NCBI GenBank assembly: GCA_002633005.1
Contig: NMRA01000005.1
Location: forward strand, 955,001 to 1,019,000
DNA from: Phoronis australis
Lineage: Eukaryota; Animalia; Phoronida
Length of the DNA: 64,000 bases
Reading direction: 5' to 3'
Notes under the pieces: generated by a model
Database searches by the model: none
The model's input: the letters and a program-made list of their open reading frames with translations, nothing else
Told to the model about the DNA's origin: nothing
Made by a program: the position numbers and the translations under genes
Shown here: one piece after another, positions 41,401 to 53,400 of the stretch
How positions within the stretch are numbered: the first letter of the stretch is position 1
How the letters are laid out: every line of letters begins with the position of its first letter

Positions 41401-44400
41401 TTAGACGTGTTCATGCTGGCCAGACCGAAGTAATTACCACCTGCTCACATTTTCCGTCATATATGTGTGTGCGTACGTGCGTGCGTCTTAATATTTTTTG
41501 CACCACATTTGTCGCGAGAGATGTATCGTGTGTGATGTGCACGCTCTAGGGCAAATTGTGGGGTAACCTATATGTATGGACACGACTCTTGTCTACTTGA
41601 AGCCGTCTCGGGGGTGTTCTTGAACAAACCACGCTCTAGCCATTTTCCATGCCCTTGTGTCGGTTTACATACAAATGAGAGTTCACCAGCTCTAGCGTCT
41701 TTGTGGCATTCTTGCCAATTATCTCGAAAGGTTTATGTTTTCTCCTCTGAGCAGCTGCTGAAGCTGTATGTCTGTGGTCCACTTATTGGAGGGTTGGAGA
41801 ATGCGAGAGACAGGTTTTCTGGATAATTTGACATTTGAACCAGTGGTTGTGTGGTTAATTGCCAGAGATGGACTGCTTAACGTTTTATCGTTTTTCGTGG
41901 ACTTACTAATTGTGCTGAAATCGTGATAGTTCATATAACATCTATTAAAACGACCGTAAGCTGTGTTTCATCAAAGAAGCTTCCTGTTGATTTAGACCAC
42001 TTACTGTAGTTATAAAACGATCTCATCTTGTTTCTAACTCGGATGAGCAACGGTTTGAGAGCTTGGAAAATATTGGCCACAGTTAAACTGTAGTGGTGGA
42101 GATCATGCCTAGCGTGTAACATGGCTCATTGTGGCAAGCCAACTGCTGTAAATCTTAGTCTCAGTTAACTAAGAGCTGTCTAAGCTCACGAACCATTCGA
42201 GCAATAACTGTCCTGTCCAAGTCAAGAAACACTTCCAGTTTGACTTGGGGACAATTTTTGGCCAGTTTCAAAATGGCAATGAGGCGTAAACCATACTTTT
42301 TGTGAAGGAAAGTGGGTAGATAGCCACTTTAAATAATTTTCATCTTATTTAACATTCAAATATAGAATTTACTACTAGCAACAATCATGTCAATTCATAT
42401 GAATGAGAGACATCCTGATCTCTCAGGATGTATATAGCTGCTGTGTGTTGTCTTCCTGTAGTGACCAACTGGGGTTCCTGATGCATGTATGGTTCAATTT
42501 TCCTAGCATCTTTTTACAAAAGAAGCTCAGCTGAAGCCGTGCACACCACAGGAGACAGCTGTTTCCATGTGCATTGAATGACCATGTGGCTTTTTCAATT
42601 ACCATACCTTGAAGTTTATTTTGTCAGCTGCTTAAATCTCTTTTCTGTGTTTTGAGTATGGTACAATGGCAAATATGGTGCCCAAAGTATGCTAAAGAAC
42701 AGATTGATGCTAAAGTTTTACTGCTCACTGTTGTTTTACGGTGCCCGAAGAGCAAATTGGAGAGCTGAAGAGAAAATTGGAGAGCTATATTGTAATTAGG
42801 CCATAGGCTACACTGTCTCTCATCGTTTCTCTTAATGCTTTCTCCGTCTGTTGTGGTTGGACATGAACAGATGTCTGCGAAAGTGTGTCTGTTATGTTAC
42901 AAGTTTTTTGTAATGAGCTGGAATTCTCAACACACCTTTTGTCTGTCAAAACTTACATGTGCAAGGTGAAATGCAATTTAGTTTAATTTATTGGTTGCAG
43001 TTCACTGCGGCTCCCTTCCGTGGATTTTTTCAGATTTTTTTACTCGAGTGGACGCAGTTAATAATGCCATCATTTTTGTGTTCGTGTAATAAATTTTTGA
43101 GATTGCAAAAGAGGACTTGCGTAATACTGTAAAGTTTTGATTTTTCTAGAAAATGAAGGTGTAGCAAGAATTTCATTGAATGTTTCATTTTACTTTCTGT
43201 TTTCGACTTCTTTTGTGTTGTTTGTCTGTTGACTGCCATTAGAATCCACAATTGACTGCATGAAATATCAGTCAATACAATCGTCAGGGTAACTTGACTG
43301 GTAATGGCTTGGGCAATGCGTTTTCCTTTCACAATGCCGCATTTCTATCACGTTTCTTTCAAAAAGGTTATATGGAATTTTCTATTTTGCTGTTGCAAAA
43401 TAAAAGAATTTATAACTAGATACAAAAGGCTGTTTCCACTGCAGCTCTTACAAATTTTAGTGTTGACCACTACTATAATTGAAACCGCCCCAAATTGCTT
43501 TTCAAACATTCCCCTGGTTTCACGATTTCGTTATTTATCCGAAAGCATTCGCCCCGTCTTCGGCCATTTCCATTGCCGCCACCAAGTGTTCCGAGGATTG
43601 TGTTGACTGTAGACTGTGTTAGATTGTTCAGTGATACCTCTTGTATCGTCCACCACCCTTCCCCCCGCTGTGTTTGTTCGTGCATGATTTGTTTTCTATT
43701 TCAGGCGGTTAATCCTGAGGAGTTTGAAGAACAGATTTTGGTATATATGACAATTTTATTGCATTTACTGGATTGAATGACAATCACTTGTAATTCAGTT
43801 TCGTGGCATTGAAACCACATACTGTAGTTTCACTAGTTACTAGTTAATAGTTACTAGTTACTAGTTAGTCTCTTTGTGACTTGGTCATGCATGTACTTAT
43901 AACTAAATTGCATGTTTGCGTTTTGTTAATCAAGTTATTCATAATGAATAATTTTAATGTATTAGTGTCTATTTCATTAAATTTCACTCTGTAGTTTTAA
44001 TACTTAATTGCTGAATTTCAAAATTAGTTTGACTGCGCTGATTTCCAGGAAGTTCATTGTTGTTAGTTCTAATTATTGCTGCTTAAGATACCAAGACTAA
44101 TAATTACCGTAGTTTCTAATCTATATTAAGTTCAGATCTCAGGTCTCTTAGTTGTAGGTCATTAAGTCACTTTTAACACTGAGTTATTTTTTGTAAAGAT
44201 ACTAGATTTTTAAGGAGATGCAGAATTATGTGAGTGACAGTTACATGATTTTCTTTGATGAAACTTTTCATTGGAGGAACAGCTCGGTTTTGTAGTAATC
44301 CATTAATTTTGTCTTGAAATTAAGATTTGCGATAGAATGAGATAATACCATATTTGACCGTCTTCATTGTCGGTGATGCTGATGTCATAGTCTTCAATAT

Positions 44401-47400
44401 TTTAGTGTTCAAATAATTGGCATTTGCCTGTTTAGGAACTTGTTAAATGAAGCCTAGCATTATAAATAAGAATTATTCATCGTCTTACACATCATTTGTC
44501 GCTCACATCATGTGACTGAAAAGATTTCTGTCACGACCAGGGCTCATCAGCTCAGCATCCTGATATTTGAAATCTTGGTCATTTTTGTTGTCAGTCTCTT
44601 AAAAGTACATTGAAATTATAGTAGTAAAATCTATTCTTCTTTACTTCCAAAAATTTATCAGAAATCTTTGGTTTCTCAGCTGAGTATGAACTTCAAGCTT
44701 TCATTAGCCTGACTCAGCAGTCAAAGGTTCCTGGTAATTTTTGTTTTCTTTAGTTGTAAAGAATAATGGCTCTTACTATGGATAATGTTTTGGACTAATC
44801 TTGAGTCTTGAGTCGGTTGGTTGTTTCAGGCTGACAGCACTGACCTCATCCAGGCTGAAGTCACAGACAGGCTTGACTCTGCTCCATGGAGTGAAGATTT
44901 CTCATCAGTAGAGTTTTCTCTTCCCGTTGGACCTGTGTTCAATTTCGTTGATGGTAAGAATGTCTCTGGGAAATGACCAGTCGCTGCTGTCAACCTTTCT
45001 TCTCCACATGAATTTCAATTTTCCTATTATGCAGTTGTGTTTGCCACGGGGCTTATAGTAAAACAATTCCCAAGAAAACTAATGTCCCAACAGCTGGTTT
45101 GCACTGTGGTCGTAAATGCTGTTCTTCCCCCCGGCAGGGTTTGTGCTGCACCACATTTCTTGCATTCTCTGGACTGTGCTACACTAACCCTCTTGTTTAC
45201 TGAAAAGATTTCCTCAGTGAAGGCTCCCCACAATTTCATCGATTGTTTTCATTACTCCTTTGCTATCTTCCATCCAGTAGAGCCAACCTTGCTCTAAGGC
45301 AAGTTCAGCCTGACCTAAGTGGATCATTTCAGTTGAAAACTTGGCAGCTTTGTTGGTAACACCCCCTGCTGCTTTGTTTAAGGAAAAAATCCTTGATTTC
45401 GAATCGGAGTTGTGAATTTTCTCCGTTTACTCACAAATTTCTGTGTCCGCAATCAAAGAGATTGTCCAGAGTTGACCAATCTTTCGTTTACTTTTTGTAA
45501 TTCTCAGCTGTTTTGTTCAAGAAAAGATAGTCATGCCCTTGAACCAAAAGATGTTTTTTTTAGCCATTCACAAGTCACCTTGTTTTAATTTGAGTTGTCT
45601 TCCTTGCAGCTGAGGTAACCATGCCCTCCGGCAAGAAGAGCTACCCTAAAATAGAGGACAACAAAGATGGTACCGTCACCGTCAAGTATCAACCCACCGA
45701 GATGGGACTGCATGAACTGGCTGTCAAATACAACAATGAGCCAATTGAAGGTGAGCCTGATGTCACGTGACTGCTCTTGAGCCAATCAAATTTCTTCTGT
45801 CGCATGACTTGTAAGTTGCCATCTACAGTACGGTCTTCAGGCTTTGGATAATAGCTCCTTTGTCATATGACTTATTTGATTGAATTTGTTAATTTTAAAA
45901 ATTAAAATTGTCTTGTTAACTCTTAGCGAACAAAACTTGGGAAAGAGCACTTTAATTTACAAACTTGACTACCATTAATGGTAAGCTTGTGTATTCGGTA
46001 GTCCTTTCTCAGAAAGCTGTGTCGCATCATAGCACAATTTCTGGGAAAGTGTAACCTTACAACATTGTATTCCAGGTATCTCTCTCGTCTAACTAAGAAA
46101 GAAGTCTGCAAAACGAGTCTGCAAAACGAGTCTGCTCGTAATACTCATGACATTAAATCGGTTCTGTTTCACTAATTGGTTTAATTGAGTTGCCTATTAT
46201 GTTTTTTCCTCTCCACTCCTGGCATTTGACAGCACTGTTTTTCTTGACGAGACATGACAGTACAGCTCTCTATGGCAGCTGTGGTGCACTGTGTTTGTCA
46301 GATAACCCATGGCCGTCTTGGGAGTGTGTAAACATGGCCTAAGAAATGTAACCCGGTGAGGTTACATTCTCTTGCTGTGGTTAAGTGCTGCTTGATGAGT
46401 GTCTCTGGCATTCCTTTGCTGTTGCATTTTCATTCAGTGAGAGATGTCAAGATAGTGGGTCCAACTACAACTGGTATCATTAGTTTTCGCTCTCAAAATA
46501 ATCTGGCAGTTTAAGTACATCCTTTTATCTATTATGGTGGTTCACACTAAGTGGAATATACTGCAATTTGGGGCACTCTGGAAAAGTCTTCGAGTGCTAG
46601 CTACTAAAGTACTCAAATGGCTCTGGATGTGTTAGGAGTTCAAATCTAAAATTGGCAAATATAGATATTAGTTCGTAATATATGCACAAGTTAATGTACT
46701 TGTCAACATCAGTGACATTGTGAGATTCAACAGCAATAATTTTGCACATTCCATCCTGGAAAATCCTGGGCCTAAAGGGCCCTGTGCCCGGTTGCATGAA
46801 ACAGTCCCAAATAGGGACTCGGCTAAGTTCCCTAAATCTTCTGCCTATCTGTGTCCTTGTTTACTCTCAAATGTAATCTTTTTATATCATGTCATCTTTA
46901 TTATGACCTTCTCATCGACTTATGACAGTTTCTAATAGTATAACTGATAACTGAGCCCTAAATTCAATGAAAATGAATAGGTACTTATAGTCCTTAAGTT
47001 AGGATACCTACTTATTTTCAATAATGTTGCGAATTCAATGTTGAGCTCACTCTCGATTTGTATCAAAGCCAAAAGTTGACTACGTAATAAATCTAAAATA
47101 GCATAAAAAGGACAATCGATGTTTTCACAAGTCTACAAATACGCAGTAGATTTAGGGAACTTAGTTGAGTCCCTATTTGGGACTGTTTCATGCAACCGGG
47201 CACAGGAGTCGTAACAAAATTTTTTCGCAGTGAACATCTTTCTTGCATTGTTACATTGTTTCACAAGGTTTGAGCTAACAACTCCGTCTAGCAACACAAC
47301 TGCTTTACAAATTGCGATTTTCCATTACACTAAACTGTTTGGTTATGATAGAAGATTAGGGAAAATTAACGGGTTTGAAACAACTGTTTTATTGTTGAAC

Positions 47401-50400
47401 CACTTGCACAGTTCTGAGTGAGTTCATCAACTATGGAGACGGAGATGTGTTGTACTGTTACGCTGGTTGGTGGCTCAGACTTGAATGTATTGGCACAGCA
47501 TCACATTATTATCATCTGTGCTCTCTTGTACAGAATGTTAAGTAGGTAGATAGTTCAGTATTATTGTAATGTAGTATTGGCTAGGAAGAAAAGTTAGGAC
47601 ATCTGCGTGCGAGGAAGGGTTTTTCGTGCAAAAGGAATTGCTGTACTCGCCAAAAATAATGGCCCATTTACCAACATCGTGGATAAGTACTTGTAGGTTT
47701 TGTAAGCTCACGTTATTACACATCATTCCACTTACTCTGATGGCAAATTCTTCTTTCACTCAGTCCTCATCTCATGATGGGGGGTCTGCCTGTAGTGTGT
47801 TGTTATGGCGACAGGGATGTTCGTTATGAATGATTCGTTTATACTGTATCATTTACAGCCGTTAGCTTGCAGTCGTGAGTTTTTTCATCTTCTGTTATTC
47901 ACTGGAATTTGATTACTGTGTTTGTGACCTATTCTTGTGTGCCCAAATTTTTAATTCTTTTAGGGGCAGTAAATAATATAAAACAATCTTCAGAGTCCTA
48001 TGTCTGTTTGTTATGTAAATTGTCTCTATTGGTGTATGGAAGCCATCTGTCACCATGGTGTTGACTTTTGGCTTCTAGGTCGCAATGAAATTGATGACTT
48101 TCTTCATTTATTTTTGGCTACAGGAAGTCCATTCAAATTCTTTGTGGACTCAATCAAGAGTGGTTACGTGACTGCCTATGGACCCGGCCTGAGCTTTGGC
48201 GTCAGTGGTGAACCCGCCAACTTCACGGTTGTTACCAAGGATGCTGGGGCAGGTGAGCCCAGGGGTGGGGAAGTGAACGAATATTTTATATTCATACCTT
48301 GCAGAATATGTGTGTTGATACGTAGTTTTATAAATTTATCTCTGTGATTTGAATTTAAATATTTATAGTGTAAAATGTGACTATGGATGTTTGTTGAACG
48401 TTTCGGTATGATTTCTCTAAATTTTATATGAAATGCTATGAGTCATGCATGCTCAATTGAAACTATATTGTGAATGCTTGTGGTGATTAGAATATTAGGA
48501 TTGTTCTTGAGCACTGCTTACACTGTCTGTCTACATTTTTATAACGTCTTCGATCTGCATTTTATTTTTAACATCTTCAAGCTACATTTTAGTTGTAGTC
48601 TATCAAGCACAAGTTCCACTGCTTATAAAACAGGTCCGCAATTTGCAAAATTATTTGTAGTGAGGCCGGGGGTCTGTGTCATGCAAAGTCACTTGGGTCC
48701 TAAGTCAGAAATTTTGTATTACGCTCCACACAAGTGAGCAAAAGTGAAAAGTCTCTGAGAATGTTGTCATGAAATCTGTGACATTCATGATACATATAAT
48801 TCTTAGCACATTAGTTTGATAGTGTTATTATTTATTGATATTATTTCTTTGCTAGACAATTGTTTTTGTTTATAGAAACTTGTTTGGCTGTCAGCTGAGT
48901 CAGCGACCAACCCATCCGCATTGTATATGATTGTAGCTATTCTACTACATTGTTTGTGTTTTACCCAGGGTCCTCAGCCCCCGGATGTAGGTCTCAAGGG
49001 TGTCACAAAAGTGGCGTAGGCTGGCACTAGTTGGTTGTGGGGGTTTGATTTCCCACAGAGCTTTCATATTAGCATTGACCAATAGAGTGGATTTTCCATA
49101 CCTGTCAGCAAGTAGGTCCATGGCTTCTATGTAACTGGCGTTCGTCAGTGGAAGGCCAGCGATGGCATTGGCGGCGTCGCCGGCGATGTGGGCACGCAGG
49201 TACTGTAACTTTTGGACTGGTTCTAGTCCAGAATCGGNGCAGGGTGATAATGCTGGCATCAAGCATTTCTAACTGAGTTCTCTTGGCGTGAATCTGGTTG
49301 AGAACTTTCTCCAGGTCGGGAACAGGGTCCGATGGAGTCGCAGTCATGAAGAGGGTGGCACGATCGATAAGTTTCGTCATGAGTCCTCTGTGCGCACCGC
49401 GAACTTTCCTCTGTTTGGCCAGTTGTGGTTCCATCTTCGCGCAGGTCACGGCACCAAACAATGTAGTAGAATAGCTACAATCATATACAATGCGGATGGG
49501 TTGGTCGCTGACTCAGCTGACAGCCAAACAAGTTTCTATAAACAAAAACAATTGTCTAGCAAAGAAATAATATCAATAAGTAATAACACTATCAAACTAA
49601 TGTGCTAAGAATTATATGTATCATGAATGTCACAGATTTCATGACAAATGTACTGCCAGCTGCTAGTTACTGAGATAATTTCCATGCTCTATTTTGAGAC
49701 TGTGATACACTTCTAAATTACTTTGGGAAGCATAACACCAATTACAATTTTCGTTCTTAACCTTAAGTCACTTTGATTATGAAACGGACACTTGTTCTAC
49801 TCCTACGCCAGACTAAGTAACTGACGTAGGACGGTGGCAAAGAGTGGCTTTTAACAGCAAAAATTAATAATGTTCGAAAAGATTTTGTTCATTAGCCTTA
49901 CGATGACTTTCCAATGTCTAAATTACAGCATATTTACTGCTATCCAATGTTGACAGTTTTTTAGTCCAGCAGTGGCACAAGACTCCATACCACCTGCAGA
50001 CCTATCTTAGTGGCAGTGTGACAATCGTTATAGTCTATTATGATTTTTTGCACAGCTCTGAGTGTTTACTATAGATGATGGTGCTTTAGTTTCCAGCTCT
50101 GATAACTCTGATAATTCTGGTAAATAGAAAACGCTTATGGCACTGTCCGCTTTTCTCTGTTGGTCAAATTCTTAAACTGTTGAGGTGTTACAGTTCGGCT
50201 TTTGCAGTCCACGGAATTAGCATGCTTTTGAAATTCAATTTTAGCCCAGTGCACATCTGGGAGAAAGACTGGAGAGCTGGTTATATGGGAGTGGGAATGA
50301 TGATTATTGAGCACTTGAAATTCACTAGGTGGCGCTACTGAGACCACAATGTTGATTCTACCAAGTATGAATGTATGTAGTCATGTAGTCACAATGACAC

Positions 50401-53400
50401 AGTTTCACCCATATTGGTGGACTGCTTTCTGTACTCAATTAGCGCCACCTAGTGAGTATTTAATCTCATTGCCCACTGGTTGATGAGGAAGCAAGTTCAC
50501 TTAGTAAACCCTTTGAATGGGACTTATATCGTACAAAAGGTTTTCTATGGGTCCCCTCGTTCCTGTCAACATCTGGTTCATCCTTGATAGTGGACCAAAT
50601 CTAAGTCGTTGTGGTTTCAACTTTGCAAATCAAACGTTATTTTCACTGCTTTTAAATTGCTTTAAAACCTGTCTTCCCTTGGTAGTGGTGGTGGTTGTTC
50701 CATTCAGAATGGGTGTGTGCAGCTCTGGGTGTACTGTGAGTGTGAGCTTATCTTGATGAGGGCTAAGCTATTTATGAGCAGGTTATGTTTTGGTTTTCGC
50801 TTCAGCTATCTGTGAAAAAATTATGGTTTTGTTGCCTTGACAACCAACGTCGTTTAAATGTTCAATTTAAATTTTATTGCATTTTCATGTTGATATGATG
50901 AGTTACTCTCTTCTAATCTGGTAAGATTTGCTTGGATAGGTTGTGTTTTTGTTCTGCTGTTGCTTTTTTGGGAACTCCTAAAAAGATGCAGCACTACTGC
51001 ATTATAAACAATTGTGGTTAAAGTTGACAAAGTGATTGACGGCACTAGTGTTTTCATGCCTCATACTATCTTGTGCTGTGAATTACTGGGAGCCAGTGCG
51101 AACTGAACTGAACTTGATGTGATTGCATTAATTGTCTATGATTGTCTCATTACCCATGCTTACTGTGATGTCTAGCCAAGATTATTAATGCTGTGCATGA
51201 TGTAGGCAACTTAACTCACCAAGCAATTTCACTTATCGGTAACTTTAGCATGCTCAACTCACTCGAGCCGGTAGATTTAGCAGATTTTTGTTATATCAGA
51301 CCATAGTCTGCAGCACATCAGCAGAGCTTTGCATGACCAAGTTGGTGCCCATTTCCTGATGATTTATCCATTCTTTTTTTAAGAAAGCCTGTTCTTAATT
51401 TCATTTATCTATTTGTTAGTAATTCGGAGCATGTTTCGACTCGATCTCAAGGTCACCTTGTAGATCAACATTTACCAAACTGCACATAGATTCTGCTTTG
51501 CATGAGAAAACTCGGCTCAGCGCACAATTCTGTTCGGTTCTTGTCTCTAATTTGTGAAAAAAAATCTCAATTTCTTCGATTTTATTTCATCAGGAGGTTT
51601 ATCCCTAGCCGTTGAGGGACCTTCAAAGGCAGAGATCACGTGTATAGACAATAAGGACGGCTCGTGTTCCGTCTCGTACTTACCCACTTCCCCTGGCGAG
51701 TACAAGGTACTCGTCAAGTGGGACAACAAACACATCGCCGGCTCACCTTTCTTGGCTAAGATCACAGGTAAACGTGGTAGATGCAACTACCAGTCCTGCC
51801 AATAGGTGGCCTCGGTGAGTTGGTGCACTGTCTACTGTGGACGTATTGCTGGTGGTGGTTTCACATTCAGCACACAGTGGAGGAGTTGCAAAGTGATGTC
51901 ATTGTATTAAATCTTGAATTCTTGTGAATTTTGTGCTGAAGTAATGAAATTCATGCCATCTGCTTGATTTTATATTTTAATATGACATTTTTTTTAATTA
52001 CCACTCACCTGTTTCTACAAAAGTTTAAAATTCTCAAGCCTTCTCAGAACGCTCTTGTGACCATACCACCGCAATGCCCCCTGTTGGCGGCGTCTAGCTT
52101 TCGTGTGAGTCCACCACAAGGACTTGGCAGTGACTCGTTAAAACTCTTAACTCGACAGCATGTTGCATGTGTTGACACTAGGTGGCCTCGCACTAGCCGT
52201 GGAGGGTCCGTCCAAGTGTGAGATCCTCTGTCAAGATAACCAGGATGGCACGTGCAGTATCACGTACTTGCCAATGGCGCCCGGCGAGTACAAAGTCGTC
52301 GTCAAGTACAACGACCAACACATCGCCGGCTCCCCCTTCTTCCCCAAGATTGTCGGTGAGTATACAGCACTCGTGTGCATTATCCGCTCACCCGCGACCT
52401 CTCACATGTCCTGAAGCCTTTTGAACAAACATAGACATGCGCGTTTCCCCGACCCTGTCTTGACAGAGCTCAGGAATGCCATAACAGTTCATTTTTGCTT
52501 ATGTTTCATAAGATAGTCAAAAGGCATGCAGTTAAATGTAGTCCCTAGTCTTTAAACCCATCATTCCTCTGCTACTATCTGGGTGGGAGAACACAATCTA
52601 ATTTGACTCGGGCCTTATTTTACAATTTACAAGCTAATCAACCATGCTGTTTAATTTGAATTTTTTGAAACATGAAAAAAATGATTTATCGGATTTGTAG
52701 CAATTTCTTTTGAAGAAAAAGTACTTGACTGTCACTTTCCCTGCTCCATCTTCTAGTGTTGCACCCTTAAGTAGGCCTCGTTTTTATTGAGAAGTTGAAA
52801 TTAAAAGATAGTACATGTGGCATTGTGTGGAAAGGAAAAGTGTGGATGAAATGCACCGTGCAAGTTAGGTTCACTCAGACGTTGACCACCTCGCATACCT
52901 TATAGTGTGGTGACTCTTCTTTGAACAACACTAGCTGCATCCTCTTATTTTCATATTTCAAGGCAAATCTTTTAAAATTACTTCCTTTCTGCTGCAAAGC
53001 CTTGATGTTTTTTGTTAGTTCTTACAGATATGCAAAGTAGTTTCTTTATTTCTTGGAAATTTTAAATACAATTGGCAGTACTGACTTTCTTCCTTTGTGA
53101 TACACTTGGTAACTGCATTGTCTCTTCAATCCTGAGAAAGGAACGTGGGTTGTTAAACCTTGAACACACTTCACTGAACCAAAAGATACGAGTAGCGTAG
53201 CCTATATGGGCACAAGACCTTGGCCTTCAAGATGTGTTTGCATGCTCCTACCTATGCTAATGTATAGCAAGAACTTAACGACAATGCTATTTAAACATAA
53301 ACAAAATGCAGTTGTACTCATTGACAACTTGAAAATGTGAAAACAAAAATTTATGCAAATACGTGACCCTTGCACTTATGACGTGCTTCCTAGGCTTACG

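Noticed and set aside
31087-43704. Nested gene or SRF CArG boxes in the long intron
   Set aside because: ORFs are short and non-coding in composition; I saw no exact CC(A/T)6GG by eye, though the scan was not exhaustive.
48765-49646. DIRS-type element or ordinary DNA-transposon MITE
   Set aside because: Has a TSD, a tRNA PBS and BEL/Pao gag; no tyrosine recombinase or transposase features.
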